Below the pieces are notes generated by a model. That model made no database searches, was not told the origin of the DNA, and worked only from the letters and a program-made list of their open reading frames with translations. A DNA stretch of 64,000 nt from an uncultured Alphaproteobacteria bacterium (lineage in GTDB: Bacteria > Pseudomonadota > Alphaproteobacteria > Rhizobiales > Xanthobacteraceae). The DNA is taken from contig CAWFVF010000003.1 of the NCBI GenBank assembly GCA_963819265.1, forward strand, positions 15,881 through 79,880, given 5' to 3'. The translations under genes were made by a program, and so were the position numbers. Shown here piece by piece: positions 57,763 to 64,000 of the stretch (positions within the stretch are counted from its first letter, which is position 1; each line of letters starts with the position of its first letter).

Positions 57763-58062
57763 TCACTTCTTCCACTGCATCCAGTTCTTGCCTTTGCCTC
57801 TTTGCTTCGGATCGAACCATTCGCCGCCGAACCGCTGCAAGAATTTCTCGGCGTCGGCGCGTGCGGCGAAGCAATAGACGTTGAAACACCGGTCTTGGTG
57901 AAACACCCGGTGGCCCCGCGCGCACAGCGACAGGTCTTTGCAAAATTCATCGACGATCTTGTAGCCGCTGTTCAGCGAGACGTCGGCCGGTAGTGCCACT
58001 TGATGCGGCCAGCCGGCGTCGACCATGGCGGAGGACAATTCGCCTTTGCGATACACCATCAT
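57763..58062 (-). CDS. Small hypothetical protein (100 aa), LexA-box associated, paralogue 2
   Basis: WPHQVALP..IVDEF..FNVYCFAARADAEKFLQRF. The ORF extends to 58140, but that extension covers the SOS box, so the MMVYRK start is preferred. Confidence 0.6.
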   Translation of the reverse strand: MMVYRKGELSSAMVDAGWPHQVALPADVSLNSGYKIVDEFCKDLSLCARGHRVFHQDRCFNVYCFAARADAEKFLQRFGGEWFDPKQRGKGKNWMQWKK

Positions 58063-58095
58063 GGGCCGGACGGACCTCGCAGGCTTGACTCTAAT

Positions 58096-58110
58096 GTTCT
58101 TGTTTTGTTC
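58096..58110. promoter_or_regulatory. Alphaproteobacterial LexA (SOS) box GTTC-N7-GTTC in a divergent promoter
   Basis: GTTCTTGTTTTGTTC between the 57763-58062(-) ORF and the SRAP gene. Confidence 0.7.
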
Positions 58111-58149
58111 TAATGTCCCTCCGGTCGAGAGTCGAGCCACGAGTACAAC

Positions 58150-58749
58150 ATGTGCGGCCTTGTGAGAGTGCGGTCCAAGGAAGATCCCTTCGTGTCGGAC
58201 AGCCGCATCGAAACGCAGCTATACCGCGAGACCGACGCCAAGCCGTCGGCCGAATTGATGGTATGGCGGCGCCATCCCGATACCGGCGTTGCGGCCGAAG
58301 GCATGCTGCGCTGGGGTCTCATTCCGCATTGGATGAAAGCGCGGCCGGAAATCCGGCCGATCAATGCGCGCGCCGAAACCATCGGCGAGAAGCGGATGTT
58401 CAGCGAGGCCTATGCCAAGCGCCGCTGCATCGTGCCGATGGATGCGTTCTATGAGCGCGACAAGGGCAAGACGCTGCACGCCTTCGCCATGAGCGACGGC
58501 AAGCCGTTCGGCGTCGCCGGCATCTGGGAAAATTGGCGCAACGCGGACGGCGATTGGGAGCGCACCTTCTGCATCGTCACCGTGCCGGCCAACGAACTGG
58601 TCGGCGCCATCCATGACCGCATGCCCGCGATCATTCCGATCGCACAGCATTCGCGCTGGCTCGGCACCGAACCCGATCCGCGCGATCTGTTGGCGCCGTT
58701 TCCGGCCGATCAAATGAAAGCGCTGCCGCGCAACCGGCGGCACCGCTGA
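58150..58749 (+). CDS. SOS response-associated peptidase (SRAP / YedK / HMCES family)
   Basis: MCG N-terminus (Cys2 nucleophile), WGLIPHW, INARAETIGEKRMFSEAYAKRRCIVPMDAFYE, HDRMPAIIP. The N-terminal 60 aa are atypical. Confidence 0.85.
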   Translation: MCGLVRVRSKEDPFVSDSRIETQLYRETDAKPSAELMVWRRHPDTGVAAEGMLRWGLIPHWMKARPEIRPINARAETIGEKRMFSEAYAKRRCIVPMDAFYERDKGKTLHAFAMSDGKPFGVAGIWENWRNADGDWERTFCIVTVPANELVGAIHDRMPAIIPIAQHSRWLGTEPDPRDLLAPFPADQMKALPRNRRHR

Positions 58750-58896
58750 TTGTCACGCCGGAGAGGCGGACAGTCGTCGTCATAAAGAAATTGTTGTTCG
58801 CCATTGGTCTTACCGATGGCGGAACGGACGCGGTCAAATCGGCAGTGCAAATCAAATCCGAGCGTCGTTTGTGCCGATGCGACGCGTCGGGAATTC

Positions 58897-58915
58897 CACT
58901 GTGATTAATCACAGT
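58897..58915. promoter_or_regulatory. CTGT-N8-ACAG palindrome, copy 2 (perfect 18-bp palindrome)
   Basis: ACTGTGATTAATCACAGTA. Confidence 0.4.
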
Positions 58916-59050
58916 ATCCCGCTCTGAAAGCAGCAGAATTACCGCGTCATTACCAATTATTAATTCGATTTGGCCGGCCGGTTGTTGTACTCCAACAGAC
59001 ATTGGTCAGGCACATCCGTCGCCCCCGTGTTTGACCGATAATCTAAAGAG

Positions 59051-59086
59051 CCCCAGCTCCTCACGGAGTTGGGGTTTTTTCTTTTT
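59051..59086 (+). terminator. Strong orphan intrinsic terminator (plus strand)
   Basis: CCCCAGCTCC tcac GGAGTTGGGG followed by TTTTTTCTTTTT. No annotated plus-strand ORF ends nearby. Confidence 0.7.
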
Positions 59087-59097
59087 CCGTCTGTGTA

Positions 59098-59145
59098 CGC
59101 GCTTCCCGGGCGAGGCGCAGCACGAAGCGCCGCGCTGGAAGCCGG
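59098..59145. repeat. Partial copy of the REP family seen at 41432
   Basis: tcccgggcgaggcgcagcacgaagcg versus tcccgggcgcaacgcagcacgaagcg at 41434. Confidence 0.6.
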
Positions 59146-59178
59146 TGATCTTGAAAGCTGAGTGAGGGGGAACAAATT

Positions 59179-59369
59179 CCTCGCAGGCTCGAACCCCCTC
59201 ACCCCCACCCTCTCCCCCCATAGGGAGAGGGAGCGCGCCGCGATTGCACTCGGCGGTTTCAGCATTTGATTCCGCCGTTGATCAGAATGCAGGACGGCAC
59301 GCTGACGATGGCCAACTCCCTCTCCCCATAGGGGAGAGGGCGGGGTGAGGGGGCTCGGGAACTCGCAGG
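59179..59369. repeat. MITE-like element with inverted repeats of about 55 bp, each containing a CCCTCTCCCC..GGGGAGAGGG hairpin
   Basis: cctcgcagg..ccccctcacccccaccctctccccccatagggagagggag pairs with ctccctctccccataggggagagggcggggtgaggggg..cgcagg. Confidence 0.75.
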
Positions 59370-59410
59370 ATGATCCAAAAATAATCGTTACATTCACGGA
59401 GACGGATATC

Positions 59411-59439
59411 TTGACATTCGTCCCTGTTATGGCTACATA
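59411..59439 (+). promoter_or_regulatory. Sigma-70-like promoter TTGACA-N17-TACATA
   Basis: TTGACA 59411-59416, 17-nt spacer, TACATA 59434-59439. Confidence 0.5.
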
Positions 59440-59445
59440 TCAACT

Positions 59446-59801
59446 CAATGCTCGCTCAATACGGACGCCACTCTGGAGGGGACTCCCGGGTGGCGGGGCG
59501 AGTGCGGTGCCCGCGGATGGGGCTATCCACCCCGTTCCCGGGCGGCTTGGGCATCATGTCTCCCGGCATTATGACCGGGGCGGGGGGTGCTCCCCTGGAC
59601 TGGGACAGGCGATGGCGGGTAACGCCCGCTCAGACCGCGTCCTAGGAAACCTGGCCTGACGCTGAGCCTTAGGGACGACGACTCCCTTTGGTGAGAGCCG
59701 TGGTGGGACGCCGACAGACGAGCCGCCCCGCTGGGCGGCGCCGCACCCGTAAGGTGCGGCGGTGGTGCCCGCGTCTGTCGGCGTCCTGCTTCCTATTTTT
59801 T
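59446..59801 (+). ncRNA. Candidate structured non-coding RNA of about 355 nt, family not recognised
   Basis: Consensus-like promoter upstream. Many GC-rich local helices. Ends in a 16-bp-stem compound terminator (GGGACGCCGACAGACG...CGTCTGTCGGCGTCC) plus a T-run. No credible ORF. Confidence 0.4.
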
Positions 59802-59984
59802 ATTTGGTCATTGAAAATGGAAATGGCGGAGACGGCGTAAGCCATTGAGAAACCGGGGCCCCACCCCTTGGGCTTTCTCGCAAGCTTCCCGGTCTTCGTT
59901 CTTCACGTAACGGGGTTGGCATCACTCGGGCGCGAAGGGGCGCCGCGAGAACGATTTGGGCTGGGCGAAGTGCGGCTCCATTTC

Positions 59985-60133
59985 CCGTCATCCTGAGGCG
60001 GCCGCCAACGGGTCCGGCCCGAAGTGGCCGGCCCGATGACAAGCGCCGCGGCCCTCGAAGGGCGACGGCGGCGCGGCCTCGGAGCGTGCATCCTTCGAGG
60101 CCCACGCTGCGCGCGGGCACCTCAGGATGACGG
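59985..60133. repeat. Palindromic REP/MITE-like element downstream of xseB
   Basis: CCGTCATCCTGAGG ... CCTCAGGATGACGG terminal inverted repeats. The internal module ggcccgaagtggccggcccgatgaca is shared with the element at 31536. Confidence 0.75.
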
Positions 60134-60150
60134 AGAGACTCTTGCGGAGA

Positions 60151-60402
60151 TTACTCGACGTCGAGCGGCACGGTGCCGGTGGGTTTGCCCGAGGCATCGA
60201 GCGTGATTTTCTCGACGCGGGCTTCGGCCTGGCGCAGCAGCTCTTCGCAGCGCTTTTTCAAAGCTTCGCCGCGCTCGTAGATTGTCACCAATTCCTCGAG
60301 CGGCACCTTGCCTTCTTCGAGCCGCTTGACGATCGATTCGAGTTCCCCGACCGCCTGCTCGAACGGCAATTTGACGACGTCGCTGTTGTTGTTCTGTGCC
60401 AT
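60151..60402 (-). CDS. xseB: Exodeoxyribonuclease VII small subunit
   Basis: [45 protein letters not shown]. Confidence 0.92.
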   Translation of the reverse strand: MAQNNNSDVVKLPFEQAVGELESIVKRLEEGKVPLEELVTIYERGEALKKRCEELLRQAEARVEKITLDASGKPTGTVPLDVE

Positions 60403-60468
60403 CGCTATCTGTTCTATGCTGCGCCCAATGTAGGCCGGATTGCGCGGCGCGCAATCGGGCAGGGGGAT

Positions 60469-61400
60469 TTATCCCCGCATCAACGCCGCGACATGGGCGG
60501 CGGCCGAATTGGCCAAGCCTTGCAGGTCGTAGCCGCCTTCGAGCAGCGACACCACGCGGCCGCCGGCGTGCCGGTCGGCGATATCCATCAGCTTGAGCGT
60601 TGCCCAGGCAAAGTCCTCTTCCACCAGATTGATATTGGCGAGCGGATCGCGGCGATGGGCGTCGAAGCCCGCGGAAATGATGAGGAGCTCCGGCTTGAAT
60701 TCGTCGAGCCGCGGCAGGATGCGGTCCTCGAACGCGCCGCGGAATTTCTCGGCGCCGTCGCCGGGGCGCAGCGGCGCATTGACGATGGTGTTGTAGTCGC
60801 CGCTTTCGCCGACCGCGCCGGTGCCGGGAAACAGCGGCATCTGGTGGGTCGAGCAATACATCACCGATTTATCGGACCAGAAAATCTCCTGCGAGCCGTT
60901 GCCGTGATGCACGTCGAAGTCGACGATGGCGACGCGGCCGATGCCGTGCTGTCGCTGCGCATGGCGCGCGGCGATGGCGGCATTGTCGAAAAAGCAGAAG
61001 CCCATCGGCCGCGCGGTTTCGGCATGATGGCCGGGCGGCCGGGTGGCGACGAAGGCGTTGGCGGCTTTTTTGCTCACCACTTCGTCGACGGCAAGAATGC
61101 CGCCGCCGACCGCGCGCAACGCCGCTTCATAACTGCCGGGCGACATCGAGGTGTCGCCGTCGATCTGCACCATGCCTTCGTTTCGGCGACGCGTCGCGGA
61201 TGCCGACGATGTAATCCATCGGATGACAGAGCGCGATGCTTTCGAGCGACGCCATCGGCGCCAGTTCGCGCGCCAGCGCCTGGAATTTTTCCGCTTCGAG
61301 CGCGCGCATCGACCGCGCGCAGCCGGTCGGGACGTTCGGGGTGCCCCGACGGCACCAGATGGTCGAGGCAAGCGGGATGCGTGATCAGCAGTGTCGTCAT
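60469..61400 (-). pseudogene. Histone deacetylase / acetoin utilisation (AcuC/Aph) family deacetylase, two +1 frame breaks (~61307, ~61180)
   Basis: HPERPDRLRAVD | RALEAEKF..CHPMDYIVGIRDASPK | EGMVQIDGDT..ATRPPGHHAE..VDFDVHHGNG..ISAGFDAH..EGGY. Confidence 0.88.
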
Positions 61401-61454
61401 TACTCACACTTTCTTGGCCCACACTTAAGGCCCGGCGACGGAAGAGGGAAGCCG

Positions 61455-63242
61455 TCAGGATGCCAGAACGGCATCGGCATCGAGCACGCCGGCCGCCCCT
61501 TCGACCACCGTGCGTTCCAGCGCTCCGGCCTGCACCGCGATAATTCTCGGCAAAGAAGCGCGCCACCGCGACGCGCGCCGCCGCATCGGCATTGAGCCGT
61601 TGCGCCGCCAGTCGCCTCTTGCGCCAGCAGGCAGCCGCCGGTCGCCAGTGCCGAACAGCCGCAGATAAGGCGTGGCGCCGGCGAGCGCCGCATCCGGTTC
61701 CTGTTCGATTTGGGCCAGCAGCCAGTCGGTCGCGCGCGCCAGGCTGTCGACGGCTTCGCTCAGCCGCAGCCGCGGTCCAGCCGAACGCCGGATCGTTGCT
61801 GGCGCTCAACGCTTCGACGATGCCGCGCAATCTCGGCGATATGAGCCGCGACCACCGCGCCGTTCTGCGAGCGGCAGCTTGCGGGTGACGAGGTCGATCG
61901 CCTGGATGCCGTTGGTGCCTTCATAGATCGCGGCGATGCGCGCATCGCGAAAATGCTGCGCCGCGCCGGTCTCCTCGATGAAGCCCATGCCGCCATGGAC
62001 CTGCACGCCGAGCGAAGCGACCTCGTTGCCGATATCGGTCGAGAACGCCTTGGCCACCGGCGTCAGCAGCGATGCCCGGTCGGCTGCGCGGCCTTGCGCG
62101 CGGCGTCGGTCGGTCGCCGCGTTCGGCGCGGTCGAGCGTCATCGCCGTGGTGTAGCAGATGGCGCGCGCCGCCTTGGTCGAGCGCGCGCATGGTCAGCAG
62201 CATGCGCCGCACGTCGGGATGCGCGATGATCGCGGCGCTCTCCCCGGCTTTCATGCCGGTGGCGCGGCCTTGGCGCCGGTCGCGCGCATAGGCCAGCGCC
62301 TGCTGGGTGGCGCGTTCGGCGATGCCGACGCCTTGCAGGCCGACCGCGAGCCGGGCGCGGTTCATCATCGTGAACATGCAGGCCATGCCGGCGTTTTCCT
62401 CGCCGATCAGAAAGCCGATGGCGCCGCCCTCGTCGCCGAAGATCATGGTGCAGGTCGGCGAGCCGTGAATGCCGAGCTTGTGTTCGACCGAATGCGCCCG
62501 CACGTCGTTGCGCGCGCCGAGCGAGCCGTCGGCTTTGAGCATGAATTTCGGCACCAGGAACAGCGAAATGCCGCGGGTGCCGGGCGGCGCGTCGGGCAGG
62601 CGCGCCAGCACGAAATGGATGATGTTGTCGGTGAAGTCGTGCTCGCCGTAGGTGATGAAGATCTTCTGGCCGAACAGCCGGTAGCTGCCGTCCGGCGCGC
62701 GTTCGGCGCGGGTGCGCAAGGCGCCGACGTCGGAGCCGGCCTGCGGCTCGGTGAGCTGCATCGTGCCCATCCATTCGCCGGAGACGAGCTTTTCCAGATA
62801 GGTTTGTTTGAGGACGTCGCTGCCGTGGGCATCGAGCGCATCGATCGCCGCCATGGTCAGCATCGGCCCGTTGGCAAAACCGATCGAGGCCGCGTGCCAC
62901 ATCTCGGTGCAGGCGGCGTTGGACGGTTTGCGGCAATGCCTGGCCGCCCCATTCGAGCGGCGCCGTGACCGCGTTCCATCCGCCTTCGCGCCAGGCCTTG
63001 TAGGCTTCCTTCCAGCCGGGCGCAGTGGTGACGACGCCGTCCTTGAACAGCGTGCCGAAAGTGTCGCCGATGCGGTTGAGCGGCGCGATGACTTCGCCGG
63101 CAAAGCGTCCCGCTTCCGCCAGCACCGCGTCGACATCGTCGAGCGTGAGTTCGCCGAACAGACCCTGTTCGATTGCAGGACCAAGTGCTGCGCCATGCTT
63201 GAGCGCGAAGCCGATATCGGCGAGGGGGGCTTGATAGGTCAC
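61455..63242 (-). pseudogene. Long-form (about 595 aa) acyl-CoA dehydrogenase with nine +1 frame breaks (~62921, 62179, 62121, 61868, 61822, 61767, 61649, 61612, 61542)
   Basis: MTYQAPLADIGFALKH.., [100 protein letters not shown]-terminal ..ARFFAEN|IAVQAGALERTVVEG. GTG start overlaps the stop of the upstream SDR. Confidence 0.88.
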
Positions 63243-64000
63243 GGAACACCTCCGGGAGCGGATACCACGACAGTGGCGGGCGGCGAACGATCGTCCGGCA
63301 CGAAGAAGTCCGATATCAGCGGCCGGCTCGGATCGACGCGGTAATGCTCGAAATCGCGCACGCCGTTATCGGCAAGGAAACTATCGTCGATGAGAAAATG
63401 GCCGGTGAAGTCGCGGGCGGGCTTGGCGAAAAGGGCATAAGCAGCGTCGGCGACGATCTCCGGTTTGCGGCCGTGCTTCATCATTTCTTCGCCGCCGAGG
63501 AGATTCTGCACCGCGGCAGTCGCGATCAGCGTGCGCGGCCACAATGCGTTGACGGCGATGCCTTGCGGCCGCAATTCGCCGGCAAGCCCGAGCACGACCA
63601 GGCTCATGCCGAATTTCGCCATCGCATAGGCGGTGGCGGGCGCGAACCATTTCTCTTTCATGTCGAGCGGCGGCGACAGCATCAGAATATGCGGGTTGGC
63701 GGCCTTGGCGAGATGCGGGATCGCCCATTTGGATACGACAAACGTGCCGCGCGCATTGATCTGGTGCATCAGGTCGAAGCGCTTCATGTCGGTGTTGGCG
63801 ACCGTGGTGAGCGAAATCGCGCTGGCATTGTTGACGACGATATCGATGCCGCCGAACCGTGCCGCGGTCCGGTCGAGCGCGTCGCTTCACCATCGCTTCG
63901 TCGCGGACGTCGACGGCGAGCGGCAGCGCCTGGCCGCCGGCGCGCTCGATCTCCTCCGCGGCGGTGTAGATGGTGCCGGCCAGTTTCGGATGCGGTTCGG
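63239..64000 (-). pseudogene. SDR family oxidoreductase (HSDL2-like), N-terminus beyond the window, one +1 frame break at ~63884
   Basis: ..AVDVRDEAMVK | DALDRTAARFGGIDIVVNNASAI..MKRFDLMHQINARGTFVVSK..AYAMAKFGMS. Confidence 0.8.

Noticed and set aside
59446-59801. tmRNA, RNase P RNA, TPP riboswitch or cobalamin riboswitch identity for the structured RNA
   Set aside because: Diagnostic invariant motifs are missing: the GGUUCGA T-arm and ANDN tag; GAGGAAAGUCC; CUGAGA plus ACCUGAUCUGGAUAAUGCCAGCG; GGUG.GAAUCC plus GCCACUG in the correct order. No thi or cob gene follows. The resemblances are short and out of register.
1-64000. Interpreting the 17 broken genes as genuine pseudogenes, i.e. genome decay or loss of motility and prototrophy
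   Set aside because: All 39 breaks are +1 insertions. They hit genes that are normally indispensable, and they occur in blocks next to long error-free stretches. Natural decay gives mixed indels, usually deletion-biased, plus stop codons. The idea is kept as a testable alternative, not as the favoured reading.

Overview
High-GC alphaproteobacterial chromosomal window, Hyphomicrobiales/Rhizobiales-like by gene content and repeat families.

**Layout**
- 1-11 kb: tail of a che operon (REC, cheW, cheY, cheB, cheR), ctrA, fliI-fliJ, an ECF sigma/anti-sigma pair and flhA.
- 11-36 kb: housekeeping and transport genes. These include a CDF metal exporter coupled to an exported VanX-like peptidase, a TauE exporter, two Liv-type ABC importers, cupin, FAD monooxygenase, OsmC, quinone reductase and an MFS transporter. 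Also here are a translationally coupled GT2 / acyl-CoA-dehydrogenase-like / PIG-L deacetylase / NodS-like methyltransferase operon, pdxH, a J-domain protein and a second ECF pair.
- 36-48 kb: fabI, aroC, ribB, lemA-TPM-TPM, an OYE flavin reductase, an RNA methyltransferase, tlyA and dxs.
- 48.2-60.1 kb: an accessory-looking segment of about 12 kb between dxs and xseB.
- 60-64 kb: xseB, a deacetylase, a long acyl-CoA dehydrogenase and an SDR.

**Accessory segment contents**
- LigD.
- A thioredoxin-fold/2OG-oxygenase fusion.
- A hydrolase-LysM protein.
- A sensor-less HWE kinase.
- Paralogous zinc-ribbon miniproteins.
- Two perfect alpha-type LexA boxes in front of a paralogous small-protein pair and an SRAP gene.
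- Two near-identical CTGT-N8-ACAG palindromes.
- MITE/REP repeats.
- An orphan promoter-to-terminator structured RNA candidate.

**Main points**
- Technical: 39 reading-frame breaks in 17 genes. Every one behaves as a single-base insertion, and they cluster in blocks. This points to insertion-biased consensus error rather than gene decay.
- Biological: the best candidate for something new is the LexA-box/SRAP/small-paralogue module, followed by the unknown RNA and the GT2-ACAD-PIGL-MT operon.
- No rRNA, tRNA, CRISPR array, transposase or integrase was seen.
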